DNA of 63,997 bases. It comes from Opitutia bacterium (GTDB taxonomy: Bacteria > Verrucomicrobiota > Verrucomicrobiia > Opitutales > T3Sed10-336). Below the pieces are notes generated by a model. It was not told the DNA's origin. It did not search any database and saw only the letters and a program-made list of their open reading frames with translations. Within the stretch, counting starts at the first letter, position 1, and each line of letters starts with the position of its first letter. Position numbers and translations under genes: made by a program. The stretch covers positions 1 through 63,997 of the forward strand of contig JBJHCF010000031.1 in NCBI GenBank assembly GCA_050506795.1, read 5' to 3'. This document shows, piece after piece, positions 19,421-29,672 of the stretch.

Positions 19421-20113
19421 ATGTGGCGAAACCTTTTTAATCTTTTCCGAAAAGACACCTTATTCACCCAGGCTCTTCGTGAGTCCCACCAGATGCTCGA
19501 TATCGACCTGGAGATGTTCGAGGCATCCGTCGAATCCCTCCGCCGTTCGGATCAAGGCGCCGGAGCCATCCGAGTCAACCTCCGCGAAATGGACAAGGAG
19601 ATCAATCGATTCGAACGCGATGTGCGCGAGAAGGTGCTCACCCACCTCGCGGTCAGCGGGCCCAGCGATCTGGCTCACGGACTGGTCCTGGTCAGCATAA
19701 TTATCGACATCGAGCGCATCGGAGACTACGCCAAGAACATCTACGACCTGGCCCGATACCACCCTGAAAAACTGCACGGAGGGAGCATGGAGGATGTGGT
19801 CGCCGACGTTGAATCCAGGACAGCCAGTCTTTTCCGCGACATGGTGGTGGCCTTCCGCGAGAACGACCAGGACAAGGCGCGAGAGATCATGAAATCCTAC
19901 AAAGGCTCGCTTTCCACCGATTGCGAAAAAATCGTCGAGCGACTGGTGGCCGGGCAAGCTCCCGATCTTACCGCGGGCAACGCGGCGGCCATCGCGTTGT
20001 ACGTGCGTTATCTGAAGCGAATCGCCGGCCACTCCCGCAACATCGTCACCAGCGTCGTCAACCCGTTCCCTCGCATCGGATATCGGGAAAAGAAGGTCAA
20101 GAAGGAGTACTGA
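19421..20113 (+). CDS. PhoU domain protein
   Basis: DKEINRFERDVR..IIDIERIGDYAKNI and YLKRIAGHSRNI repeats; follows the Na/Pi transporter. Confidence 0.85.
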   Translation: MWRNLFNLFRKDTLFTQALRESHQMLDIDLEMFEASVESLRRSDQGAGAIRVNLREMDKEINRFERDVREKVLTHLAVSGPSDLAHGLVLVSIIIDIERIGDYAKNIYDLARYHPEKLHGGSMEDVVADVESRTASLFRDMVVAFRENDQDKAREIMKSYKGSLSTDCEKIVERLVAGQAPDLTAGNAAAIALYVRYLKRIAGHSRNIVTSVVNPFPRIGYREKKVKKEY

Positions 20114-20280
20114 GACTCCATCACTTTCGTGCTGACCACTTTCCGTTTACAGGCAGAACGGAAAAACCTTTGCAATTGGCGGACTTTCGGGTGAAGAAAT
20201 GCACCGCAATGCGAACACTGGTGAACCGGTGCGCCCACAGGACCGCCCCGCAACACCGATTTGTGACTAAACGATAGAAG

Positions 20281-21489
20281 ATGAAGATTTTACAGTTGGG
20301 TTTCATTGGCTCGGGCGGCTATGCCCTCCATTTGATCAGGCGGGTTTGGACGCTGCCGCGTTTCGCCAGGGTGGCCGCGGTCACCTCGCGCAATGCGGAT
20401 CACGCCGGCGCGCAGGCCTGCCGCGAGCGGAATGTCCCCATTTTTCCCACGGTGGACGAGCTTCTCGTGTTCGCCCGGGAAAACTGCGATGTCATCGTCA
20501 ACCCCTCCCCGATTCACCTGCACCATCAATACACCCGCCAATGCCTGGAAGCGGGGTTTCCCGTCTGGATGGAAAAACCTCCCACCGGAACGGTGCAGGA
20601 ACTTGACGACCTGATCGCCGTGTCTCAAAGCACCGGACTGCCGGTGGCCGTCTGTTTCAATTCAATTTACGGTTTCGGGGTTCAGGAGTTGAAGCGTGAA
20701 CTGGTGGCGGGGAAATACGGTCGGATCCGGCGAATCCGCAACATCGGCGGCTGGATTCGTACCGACGATTATTTCACCCGCAACAACTGGGCCGGCAAAT
20801 TGAAAGCGGGTGACTCGTGGGTGTTGGACGGCACGATCAACAACCCGCTGGCACACATGCTGGCCAACAGTCTCTACTTCGCGGCCGGCGATCATTTTTC
20901 AATGGCCGAGCCGAGCCAGGTACAGGCGGAGCTTTACCACGCCCACGACATCGAGAGCGAAGACACCGCGTCGGTGAGAATTCAAACCGCAAACGGCATT
21001 GAAATCCTCTGCAATTTCACTCTTTGCCCGATCGAGACGATCACGCCGACCACGGTCATCGAAACGGAAAAGGCCGACATTTCTGTGCTGGAAATGTCGG
21101 AGGTCTCGTTGCAGTGGCACGACGGCAAAAAAGAAAAGTGGGAAAGCTTCAAGGAAAACCGGGTCGAGATGTTCGAGGAGCTCTGCTTCGCCCATCAGGA
21201 AAAGAGCCGATACCTCTGCGACGTGGCCATGTGCCGTCCCTTCTCGGTGGCCGTCAACGCCGCTTTCGATTCGTGCGGTCGCCCCAAAGGCATTCCGGAA
21301 GAACACCTCAAGCGGTCTCCTTTCGACGGTTCGGTACAAACCACTGTGCACGGTCTCGACGACGCCTTGCGCAAGGCGTATGAGGAAGGACGTCTTTTAT
21401 CCGAGATCGGCGTCCCGTGGGCCGCCGCATCTCCCGTGGTCGACACGAGCGGCTACCGGTCTTTTCCGAACAACCCGGAATTGGGTTGA
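20281..21489 (+). CDS. Gfo/Idh/MocA-family oxidoreductase
   Basis: GFIGSGG, SPIHLH, VWMEKPP. Confidence 0.88.
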   Translation: MKILQLGFIGSGGYALHLIRRVWTLPRFARVAAVTSRNADHAGAQACRERNVPIFPTVDELLVFARENCDVIVNPSPIHLHHQYTRQCLEAGFPVWMEKPPTGTVQELDDLIAVSQSTGLPVAVCFNSIYGFGVQELKRELVAGKYGRIRRIRNIGGWIRTDDYFTRNNWAGKLKAGDSWVLDGTINNPLAHMLANSLYFAAGDHFSMAEPSQVQAELYHAHDIESEDTASVRIQTANGIEILCNFTLCPIETITPTTVIETEKADISVLEMSEVSLQWHDGKKEKWESFKENRVEMFEELCFAHQEKSRYLCDVAMCRPFSVAVNAAFDSCGRPKGIPEEHLKRSPFDGSVQTTVHGLDDALRKAYEEGRLLSEIGVPWAAASPVVDTSGYRSFPNNPELG

Positions 21490-21502
21490 GCGGGAAGTGA
21501 AC

Positions 21503-22282
21503 TCAAAGCGTCACCCGCAAACCGTCGTAGGCGAGCCGCACGGCGGGGGGAAGGTCGCTTTCGACGTCGGCATGGTCGACGGTGTGGGTGAGGTGCGTCA
21601 GGTAGGTGGTTGGCGCTCCGATATCGAGCGCCACCTCGGTGGCCTGCGCAATCGTCATGTGGGTCGGATGCGGTTTCTGGCGCAAGCCGTCGAGCACCAC
21701 CAGGTCGGCTCCTCGCGCCAGATCCCGCTGTTCGGGTGAAACGGCCGAACAGTCGGTGTAATAGACAAAACGCCTGCCGGTGCCGGCCTCGTCGAAGACC
21801 AGTCCCAACACCTCCACCGATCCGTGGGAAAGCATGGTGCTGGTGATCGTTCCAAAAGGCCCTTCCAACAGCACGGGCATTTCCCGCAGAGCGAAGGCCG
21901 GGTACCCGCGGGTGGCGGCGCGATCGAGAATGGCGTAAGGAAAGGCGCGACCCACGGATTCCAGCGCGGCGGGCGTGGAGAAAACCGGCATAGCCCGCCC
22001 CTCCCGGCTGTCGCAGAATCGGCGTAAATCATCCATGCCCATGAGGTGGTCGGCGTGACCGTGGGTCAGGATAAAAAAATCGATATGTGTAATTCCGTTT
22101 TCGATACACTGCAGCCGAAACTCAGGTCCGGCGTCGACCTGCACGTTGACGCCGTTCATTACCACGTGGATACAGGACCGGTTGCGCCGGTTGCGTGGAT
22201 CCGGCGAGAGGCAGACGGCACAGTCGCAGCCGATCATCGGCACCCCGTGAGAGGTTCCGGTCCCAAGAAAAATAACCTCCAT
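21503..22282 (-). CDS. MBL-fold metallohydrolase (PhnP/YycJ-like)
   Basis: MEVIFLGTGTSHGVP..C.C.VC, THGHADH..G.DD, YYTD, HPTH, THLTH, AYDG. Confidence 0.9.
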   Translation of the reverse strand: MEVIFLGTGTSHGVPMIGCDCAVCLSPDPRNRRNRSCIHVVMNGVNVQVDAGPEFRLQCIENGITHIDFFILTHGHADHLMGMDDLRRFCDSREGRAMPVFSTPAALESVGRAFPYAILDRAATRGYPAFALREMPVLLEGPFGTITSTMLSHGSVEVLGLVFDEAGTGRRFVYYTDCSAVSPEQRDLARGADLVVLDGLRQKPHPTHMTIAQATEVALDIGAPTTYLTHLTHTVDHADVESDLPPAVRLAYDGLRVTL

Positions 22283-23907
22283 CAGCTTACCGCTCCCCGG
22301 TCCCGGCGGCGCAGACGGCTTGACTCGGGCTGGGACGCCTTGTTCGGGTAATCGATGGTATAGTGGAGGCCGCGACTCTCTTTGCGAAGCAGAGCACATT
22401 CGACGATCAGCTCGGCGACCACGATCAGATTTCGCAATTCCAGGAGACTGGAATCGACCGAAAAGTTCCAGTAGTAATCGTGGACTTCCTGCGCCAGGTT
22501 GCGAATGCGGGTACGCGCGCGCTCCAGGCGGCGGGTGGAACGGACAATCCCCACGTAATCCCACATGGTGCGGCGAAGCTCGTCCCAGTTGTGCGAAATC
22601 ACCACCCGCTCGTCCTCGTTATGTCCCCCGTAGTCGATCCAATCGGGAGGAGAAATCGTTTCCGCGGGCCCCGAATCGAGGTATGCCATCACCGCCGCCG
22701 CGCCGCGGTGGGCCAGGACCAGAGCTTCCAGGAGCGAATTACTGGCCAGGCGATTGGCGCCGTGCAAACCGGTGCAAGCGGCTTCTCCGCAGGCATAAAG
22801 CCCCGGAAGCACGGTTTCGGCATCCAGGTTGGTTTCGATTCCACCGCAATTGTAATGCGCCGCCGGGACCACAGGGATGCGATCTTCGGCAATATTGATG
22901 CCCGCCTTGCGGCAGGTTTCATGAATAAGTGGAAATCGTTCTTTCAGGTACTGGTCCGAGTGACGCGTAATATCGAGCCAGACATGGGGAGCGCCGCTTT
23001 TTTTCATCTCGGCATCGATGGCGCGCGCCACCACGTCCCGGGGGGCCAGATCCCCCTGAGGATGGTAGTCCGCCATGAATGCGCGTCCTTCCATGTTCCG
23101 CAGCACGCCGCCCTCGCCCCGCACGGCTTCACTGATCAGAAACCGCTTGTCATCGGAGCTGTATAACGTGGTCGGGTGAAACTGGATAAACTCCATATTG
23201 GCGACCGGCACGCCGACCCGGTAGGCCATGGCCACGCCATCACCGGTGGCGATGTCCGGATTGCTGGTGTAGAGGTAAACCTGCCCGATGCCTCCGGTAG
23301 CGATGAGAACCACCGGCGCGATAAAGGTGTACACCCGGCCGGAATGCACGTCGAGGGCATACAGACCGACGACCCGGTCGTTCTCCGGCGTTTCCGCCCG
23401 GGATTGCCCCTTCAGACGATTACGGGTGATCAGGTCGATCGCGAAGGTGTGCTCCAGCATGACGATGTTGTCGGTCTGTGCCACCTTGGCGAGCAACGCC
23501 GCCTCGATCGCTTTTCCGGTCATGTCCTTGACGTGAAGAATCCGCCGGCGGGAATGTCCCCCCTCCTGCCCGAGATCGAACTGCCCGTTCTCCAACTGCG
23601 AGAACCGCAGGCCAAACTCAATCAGCTCGCGGATTCGCGGAGGCCCCTCGCTGACTATGGCGCGCACCACAGCCTCGTCGCACAACTCGTCTCCGGCCTC
23701 GAGCGTATCCCGGACGTGACTGTCGAAACCGTCATCGGTCGACGTGACGCAGGCGACTCCCCCCTGGGCGTAATTGGTGTTGGATTCGGCGCTGTTTTTC
23801 TTGGTCAGAATAGCCACCCGCCGTCCCTCCGCCGCCACTGTCAGGGCAAAACTGAGGCCGGCGATACCGCTGCCCACCACTAAAACATCAAACTCTCGGT
23901 CGCTCAT
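22282..23907 (-). CDS. nadB: L-aspartate oxidase
   Basis: GSGIAGL, SNTNYAQGG, EGGHSRRRILH, EFIQFHPT, LISEAVRGEG, LAPRD, GLHGANRLASNSLLE, RKESRGLHY. Confidence 0.97.
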   Translation of the reverse strand: MSDREFDVLVVGSGIAGLSFALTVAAEGRRVAILTKKNSAESNTNYAQGGVACVTSTDDGFDSHVRDTLEAGDELCDEAVVRAIVSEGPPRIRELIEFGLRFSQLENGQFDLGQEGGHSRRRILHVKDMTGKAIEAALLAKVAQTDNIVMLEHTFAIDLITRNRLKGQSRAETPENDRVVGLYALDVHSGRVYTFIAPVVLIATGGIGQVYLYTSNPDIATGDGVAMAYRVGVPVANMEFIQFHPTTLYSSDDKRFLISEAVRGEGGVLRNMEGRAFMADYHPQGDLAPRDVVARAIDAEMKKSGAPHVWLDITRHSDQYLKERFPLIHETCRKAGINIAEDRIPVVPAAHYNCGGIETNLDAETVLPGLYACGEAACTGLHGANRLASNSLLEALVLAHRGAAAVMAYLDSGPAETISPPDWIDYGGHNEDERVVISHNWDELRRTMWDYVGIVRSTRRLERARTRIRNLAQEVHDYYWNFSVDSSLLELRNLIVVAELIVECALLRKESRGLHYTIDYPNKASQPESSRLRRRDRGAVS

Positions 23908-23926
23908 TCCGTTCAGCACGGGGCCG

Positions 23927-24787
23927 TCAAAGCGGCGTATTGTCAATCAGACGAACCTCATCCACCCAGACCGCGATCGCTAAAAGGGATTCACCGGGAA
24001 CAATCTCCTTGCGCGGCTCCATCGTTCTCGGGTCCACGATCTCGACATAGATGACCCGCACCCGGCGACGGGTGGACAGGAGATTCGTCACCTCCGCCTT
24101 GATCCGATCGGGGTTGACCATCCCCTTTTGCACCATTTCGCGAGCGCGAACCAGGGCCTTGTTGATCACGGCAGCGTCCTCGCGCTGACCCGAGGAAAGG
24201 TAAGTATTGCGCGAACTCATGGCCAGGCCGTCATCTTCCCGGACGGTGGGATTGACCACGATTTCCACCGGAAAGTGAAGATCGGCCACCATCTTGCGAA
24301 TGACCGCGGCCTGTTGGGCGTCCTTCTGCCCAAACACCGCAAAATCGGGACCCACGATATTAAACAGCTTCGCCACGACGGTGAGAACCCCCCGAAAGTG
24401 ATGCGGACGTGAAACGCCGCACAAATGACGGCTATAACGCTCCTCATCAATGTAGGTGGAGTACCCGGGCGGATACATCTCGCTTTCCGGCGGGCAGAAC
24501 AGGATGTCCACCCCGGCCTTTTCGCAGGCGGCGAGATCGCTTTCGAAATCCTGCGGGTACCGGTGAAAATCCTCGTTGGGCCCGAACTGAATCGGATTCA
24601 CGAACAAGGAGACCACGACTTTGTCGGCCTTCTCCCGGGCCGACTCGATGAGGCTGAGGTGGCCCCGGTGGAAATAACCCATAGTGGGCACAAACCCCAC
24701 CTTATGTCCCGCCGAGCGCAACGAGTCGGCCACCGAACGCATCTCAGCCACCGAACGCACTACCGTTGTTTTCATGTTTTCTGCCAT
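23927..24787 (-). CDS. panC: Pantoate-beta-alanine ligase
   Basis: GFVPTMGYFHRGH, FVNPIQF, SRPHHFRGV, FGQKDAQQ, DGLAMSSRN, RLIDN. Confidence 0.97.
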   Translation of the reverse strand: MAENMKTTVVRSVAEMRSVADSLRSAGHKVGFVPTMGYFHRGHLSLIESAREKADKVVVSLFVNPIQFGPNEDFHRYPQDFESDLAACEKAGVDILFCPPESEMYPPGYSTYIDEERYSRHLCGVSRPHHFRGVLTVVAKLFNIVGPDFAVFGQKDAQQAAVIRKMVADLHFPVEIVVNPTVREDDGLAMSSRNTYLSSGQREDAAVINKALVRAREMVQKGMVNPDRIKAEVTNLLSTRRRVRVIYVEIVDPRTMEPRKEIVPGESLLAIAVWVDEVRLIDNTPL

Positions 24788-24942
24788 AACACGCGAAGCC
24801 CGCCCGCCGAACCGGCGAAGGCAGCGGACCAACAGACCGTAGATTCCCAGGAAACACCTGCGCTGTAAAGAGTTATTACGGAATCGGAAAAAACGGTTTG
24901 CTCCCTCCACCAGTCCCGCCTTTAAATCGGCGGTTTTCAATC

Positions 24943-26208
24943 ATGAGCGAGTCCTACATTCAGAAACTCTTTGCCGAAAGAATCGGCGGCGCCGAATACG
25001 GAAAATCCACGGCGATCTACAAGTTCGCCAAGATCAAAAAGGCGAAAGCGGAGGCCCGAAAAAAGAAGCCCGACACCCCGCTGATCGACATGGGTGTGGG
25101 CGAACCGGACGAAATGGCGTATCCGGAGGTGGTAGGAACGCTGCAAGAAGAGGCGGCGCGTCCGGAAAACCGTGGGTACGCCGACAATGGCGGCATGGAG
25201 TTCCGCGAGGCGGCCGCCGAATACATGCGGAAAGTTTTCGGAGTAAAGGAACTCGATCCGGAAACCGAGATCATTCACTCCATCGGCAGCAAGACCGCGC
25301 TTTCGATGCTGCCCGCGGCCTTCGTAAACCCGGACGACTACGTGATCATGACGGTCCCCGGTTACCCGGTCCTCGGTACCCACGCCCGTTACTACGGCGG
25401 CCGGGTGCACAATGTCGAATTGACCGAAGAGAATGACTTCCTGCCGAACCTCGGAACCATTCCCCGCGAAGTCCTGCAGAAGGCGAAGGTGATGGTGCTC
25501 AACTACCCCAACAATCCGACCGGCGCCTGCGCCACCCGCGACTTTTTCGAAAAGGCGGTGCGTTTCGCCAGGGAAAACAAGCTGATCATCGTACAGGACG
25601 CCGCCTACGGCGCGCTAATCTTCGACGGTAAACCGCTCTCGATCCTGAGCGTTCCCGGAGCCAAGGACGTGGCGGTTGAGCTGCATTCCCTGTCCAAGAG
25701 CTACAACATGACCGGATGGCGACTGGGATTTGTATGCGGCAACCCGCTGATTGTCAAAGCCTACGGCGACATCAAGGACAACAGCGACTCCGGTCAGTTC
25801 CTCGCCATACAGAAGGCCGGAGCCACCGCTCTGAGCAAGCCGGCCATTACCCAGGAAATCGCCAAAAAGTATTCCCGCCGCATGGACCTGCTGGTGGACG
25901 CCTTGAAAACCGCCGGATTCCAGGCGACCAAACCCAAAGCGTCTTTTTTTCTCTACGTGAGAGCGCCGGTGTCGGCCACCCGGGACGGCAAAACCACCCG
26001 CTTCGATTCGGCGGAAGCCTTCAGCCAGTGGCTGATCGGCGAGCAGCTTATCTCCACCGTCCCCTGGGACGATGCCGGGGCCTACGTCCGTTTCTCCGTT
26101 ACCTTCGAGGCCATGGGGGAAAAAGAGGAAAAGCGAATCATTCAGTCCATCGCCTCTCGCCTGGAGCCGTACACCTTCTCGTTCGAAGAATTCGTTCCGG
26201 CCGAATAA
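24943..26208 (+). CDS. dapL: LL-diaminopimelate aminotransferase (class I PLP)
   Basis: IYKFAKIK, DMGVGEPD, GSKTAL, NYPNNPTG, DAAY, SLSKSYNMTGWR. Confidence 0.8.
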   Translation: MSESYIQKLFAERIGGAEYGKSTAIYKFAKIKKAKAEARKKKPDTPLIDMGVGEPDEMAYPEVVGTLQEEAARPENRGYADNGGMEFREAAAEYMRKVFGVKELDPETEIIHSIGSKTALSMLPAAFVNPDDYVIMTVPGYPVLGTHARYYGGRVHNVELTEENDFLPNLGTIPREVLQKAKVMVLNYPNNPTGACATRDFFEKAVRFARENKLIIVQDAAYGALIFDGKPLSILSVPGAKDVAVELHSLSKSYNMTGWRLGFVCGNPLIVKAYGDIKDNSDSGQFLAIQKAGATALSKPAITQEIAKKYSRRMDLLVDALKTAGFQATKPKASFFLYVRAPVSATRDGKTTRFDSAEAFSQWLIGEQLISTVPWDDAGAYVRFSVTFEAMGEKEEKRIIQSIASRLEPYTFSFEEFVPAE

Positions 26209-26277
26209 TACCCGTTTCGGGTTGATGGCCGCTTTCCGGGTTGGCAACGGCGACGTCGCGGGTATAGTCGAGAGGCA

Positions 26278-27003
26278 ATGCGTCGCGAAATCGCCTACGT
26301 TATCACCAGCGAGCACGCCTCGCCCCGGATTCCGGAGCGTTGGCGGCAGGCGTTGGAGCCATTCCTGGCGAAATGCGAAGAGCACCGGATCTGGGACCCG
26401 GGAACGGCGGAAATCGGCTCGGAGCTGGCTCGCTTGCTCGAAGCCCCGTTTTTTCCCGGCGACGTTTCCCGTCTGGTGGTGGATCTCAATCGTTCGCTTT
26501 CGCATCGAGACGTGTTTTCAGAGCCCATTGCCGCCCTGCCGGACCGGGAACGGGCCGCCATTCTTTTCCGTCACTACTATCCCTACCGCCACCGTGTGTT
26601 GCAGGAAATCGAATCGCTGCTGGCGGACCACAGATGTGTGGTGCACCTGTCTATGCACTCGTTCACTCCCGTGCTCGACGGAAAAAGCCGGGAAAACGAC
26701 TTCGGCCTCCTGTTCGACCCCTGGCGCAAAGGTGAGAATGACCTGGCGGACGTCTGGCTGCACTTCCTGCGTCGCCGCGCCCGCAACCTGATCTCTCTGC
26801 CCAACCGTCCGTACCTGGGGATCACAGACGGCCACGCACCGGTCCTGCGCAAACTTTTCCGGCGTCAGGCCTACCTGGGATTCGAACTGGAGTTCAATCA
26901 GAGACTTCCCCTTGGCGAGAACGCCGCCTTTTACGCGCAATGGGTACAGCGTGCCTTGACATCCGCCCTGGCCAGCAAGACTGTCGCCCATCTTGCCGAA
27001 TGA
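26278..27003 (+). CDS. N-formylglutamate amidohydrolase family protein
   Basis: TSEHAS..IP, H..WDPG, SRLVVDLNRS, YY.PY, HLSMHSFTP, ELEFNQ. Confidence 0.85.
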   Translation: MRREIAYVITSEHASPRIPERWRQALEPFLAKCEEHRIWDPGTAEIGSELARLLEAPFFPGDVSRLVVDLNRSLSHRDVFSEPIAALPDRERAAILFRHYYPYRHRVLQEIESLLADHRCVVHLSMHSFTPVLDGKSRENDFGLLFDPWRKGENDLADVWLHFLRRRARNLISLPNRPYLGITDGHAPVLRKLFRRQAYLGFELEFNQRLPLGENAAFYAQWVQRALTSALASKTVAHLAE

Positions 27004-27353
27004 ATCTTTACTCATCAATCCCGGAAAACTGGCACTACGCCTTTCACCTGCTCGTCTGGATGGTCCCGGTGCTCTTGTTGCAATGGGCGGTGGGCCTGAA
27101 AATCCTCCTGGCAAACTGGAAGCCGGTGGTCTTCACTCCCCTGCTCCTGGGCACTTATCTCATTTTCACCGACATGGCCGCCGTGCGTTTCGGGGTGTGG
27201 CATTTCGATGAAGCGCAGATCCTCGGTTTCAGTCCCGGCGGCGTTCCGATCGAGGAATGGGCCTTTTTCTACCTTACCACCCTGCTTGTGGTGCAGGGTT
27301 TCCTTCTTTTCCTCCCGGAAAAATACCGCCGGCCGGTTCGCCGGTCAGACTGA
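27000..27353 (+). CDS. Lycopene cyclase domain membrane protein
   Basis: D..AV..GVW.F....ILG....GVPIEEWAFF signature; ATGA overlap with the upstream gene. Confidence 0.75.
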   Translation: MNLYSSIPENWHYAFHLLVWMVPVLLLQWAVGLKILLANWKPVVFTPLLLGTYLIFTDMAAVRFGVWHFDEAQILGFSPGGVPIEEWAFFYLTTLLVVQGFLLFLPEKYRRPVRRSD

Positions 27354-27479
27354 GGCAAAGCAGCCGACGGATAAATCCTTGCCCGCAGGCCGGATTTTCC
27401 GTAGGAATCGGAAGTCTCACCGGTTCAGAACCCTGCCGGAAAGGAAGGCAGCGCGACTGGACGCAGCTTCATCGCTCCT

Positions 27480-27926
27480 ATGAAACTCACCAGCACGGCT
27501 TTTAACGACGGCGAAGACATTCCGGAGAAACACGCGTTTGATGGTGAGAACGTTCCTCCCCCCCTGCGCTTCGAGAACGTGCCCGGCAACGCGCAAAGCC
27601 TGGCGCTGATTATGGAGGATCTCGATTCCCCCATCGGACCGTTCACTCACTGGGTGGTGTGGAACCTTCCGCCCGGCACCACCGAGACCGGCAACGATCC
27701 CCCGCTCCCCCGGGAAGCCGAGACCGGCCTGAACGGTTTCGGGGAGCCGCGTTACGGCGGTCCCTGCCCGCCTTCCGGCCGCCATCGCTATCGCTTCCGC
27801 CTGCTGGCCCTCGACACCCGGCTGGAAGCGACCTCACCTGACCGCAAGGACCAAATTGAAAGTGAAATGGAGGGCAACGTGATTGAGGAAGCCCTCCTGA
27901 CCGGACTCTACCGGGCGAAACCTTGA
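27480..27926 (+). CDS. YbhB/YbcL (PEBP) family protein
   Basis: LTSTAF..G..IP, SLALIMED.D, FTHWVVWN, YGGPCPPSGRHRYRF. Confidence 0.93.
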   Translation: MKLTSTAFNDGEDIPEKHAFDGENVPPPLRFENVPGNAQSLALIMEDLDSPIGPFTHWVVWNLPPGTTETGNDPPLPREAETGLNGFGEPRYGGPCPPSGRHRYRFRLLALDTRLEATSPDRKDQIESEMEGNVIEEALLTGLYRAKP

Positions 27927-27936
27927 GCAAGACGTC

Positions 27937-29490
27937 ATGCCGAGCAGGATTCCGAAACGTTTTAAGCTGAAAATCCGCAGATTTTTCAAAACGGTCAATT
28001 TCACCGTTTTCTGGATTTCCATGTGCGTGGTGGTCGCCTTCGTGCTTTTCGGTGTCCTCTTTCCCGATCCGGCGAAAACGGCCTTCGACTCCATTCAAGG
28101 TTTTATCACCGAATACTTCGGCTGGTATTACCTGCTGGCGGTCACCTTTTTCCTCGTCTTCGCCCTGTGGCTGATGTTCAGCCGCTACGGCAGCATTCGG
28201 CTGGGGCCGGCCCACGAAAAGCCTGAATTCAGCTTCATCGCCTGGTTCTCCATGCTTTTCAGTGCCGGTATGGGAATCGGACTGGTCTTCTGGAGCATCG
28301 CGGAACCCATCTATTACTTTCAGGACCCTCCCCGCGGCGAGGCCAACACCGCGGCCGCGGCGGAAACCGCCATGCTCTTCACCTTCTTCCACTGGGGCCT
28401 GCACGCCTGGGCGATCTATGTGGTGGTGGCGCTCACCCTGGCCTATTTCTCCTTCCGCTTCCGACTGCCCTTCACCATCCGGTCCATTTTCTACCCCATC
28501 TTCGGAGACCGCATCTACGGACCTATCGGCCACACCATCGACATCCTGGCCATCTTCGCCACCCTTTTCGGTCTTGCCACCTCGCTCGGACTCGGGGTGA
28601 TGCAACTCAACACGGGCCTGAACATCCTCACCGGCATGGAGGTGTCGGTGGGAAACCAGATCCTGCTCATCGCCGCCATCACCGCCATCGCGGTCGGTTC
28701 GGTGGTCTCCGGGCTGCACCGGGGCCTGAAATGGTTCAGTGTTTTCAACCTGACGGTGGCCGGTGTGCTCATTGTCTTTATCTTTTTCGCCGGCCCGACC
28801 CTGTTCAACCTGCGTTTCCTGGTCGATACCACCGGCAACTACCTGCAGAACCTTATCCAGCTCAGTTTCTGGAACGACGCCGTCAACGATTCAGAATTCC
28901 AAAAGTCGTGGACCATCTTCTACTGGGCCTGGTGGATCGCCTGGTCTCCCTTTGTCGGCATTTTCATCGCCCGGGTTTCCCGCGGCCGCACCATCCGTGA
29001 ATTCGTCGCCGGCGCGCTGATCCTGCCGTCCCTTTTTGTATTTGTTTGGCTCGCCATTTTCGGCGGCACCGCTTTGCACCTGGAGATGGAGGGCGCGGGA
29101 ATCGCCGAGGCGGTGGCCGAGGACCGAACGGTCGCTCTCTACACCACCTTGCAACAACTCCCCTGGCCGCTGATCACCTCAATCGTCGCCAGCGTTTTGA
29201 TCGTCACCTATTTCATCACCTCGTCCGACTCGGCCACCTACGTGGTCGACGCCCTCATCACTCGCGGCAGCAAACGCTCCCCCACCCGGCAACGAGTGAT
29301 CTGGGGCATCACTGAAGGTTCCATTGCCGCCGTACTGCTCTACACCGGCGGAGAGCAGGCCCTGGAAAGCCTGCAAACCGGATCCATCACCACCGGTCTG
29401 CCTTTTTCCATAATTCTGCTCTTCGTCTGCTTCAATCTGTTCCGCGCCCTGCGACGGGAATTCGACGTGCAAGGGGTGGAACCGGAGTGA
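27937..29490 (+). CDS. BCCT-family (betaine/choline/carnitine) transporter
   Basis: WFSMLFSAGMGIGL, FHWGLHAWAIY, WTIFYWAWWIAWSPFVG.FIARVSRGRTIREF. Confidence 0.95.
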   Translation: MPSRIPKRFKLKIRRFFKTVNFTVFWISMCVVVAFVLFGVLFPDPAKTAFDSIQGFITEYFGWYYLLAVTFFLVFALWLMFSRYGSIRLGPAHEKPEFSFIAWFSMLFSAGMGIGLVFWSIAEPIYYFQDPPRGEANTAAAAETAMLFTFFHWGLHAWAIYVVVALTLAYFSFRFRLPFTIRSIFYPIFGDRIYGPIGHTIDILAIFATLFGLATSLGLGVMQLNTGLNILTGMEVSVGNQILLIAAITAIAVGSVVSGLHRGLKWFSVFNLTVAGVLIVFIFFAGPTLFNLRFLVDTTGNYLQNLIQLSFWNDAVNDSEFQKSWTIFYWAWWIAWSPFVGIFIARVSRGRTIREFVAGALILPSLFVFVWLAIFGGTALHLEMEGAGIAEAVAEDRTVALYTTLQQLPWPLITSIVASVLIVTYFITSSDSATYVVDALITRGSKRSPTRQRVIWGITEGSIAAVLLYTGGEQALESLQTGSITTGLPFSIILLFVCFNLFRALRREFDVQGVEPE

Positions 29491-29494
29491 AGGC

Positions 29495-29662
29495 ATTTTG
29501 GATTTTGGATCGCGGATTTTGGAATTAAATCCGGGGTTGTCGCGCATTGGCTTGAAGGGACTCGAAATAGTGTTTTTTTGTTCGGTTTCGTCGTCTGTAA
29601 TTCTGATGCGACCGAAGGGAGCTGCTGGGAAATCCAAAATCCTTAATCCAAAATCCAAAATT
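29495..29662. repeat. Inverted heptamer arrays (ATTTTGG)n..(AATCCAA)n
   Basis: ATTTTGG ATTTTGG ATCGCGG ATTTTGG from 29495 and AATCCAA AATCCTT AATCCAA AATCCAA from 29631, between convergent genes. Confidence 0.75.
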
Positions 29663-29672
29663 CACACGCCCC

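Noticed and set aside
21503..22282. PhnP-like hydrolase as part of a C-P lyase pathway
   Set aside because: No phnGHIJ genes in the window; it is coupled to nadB-panC and looks like the housekeeping MBL hydrolase.
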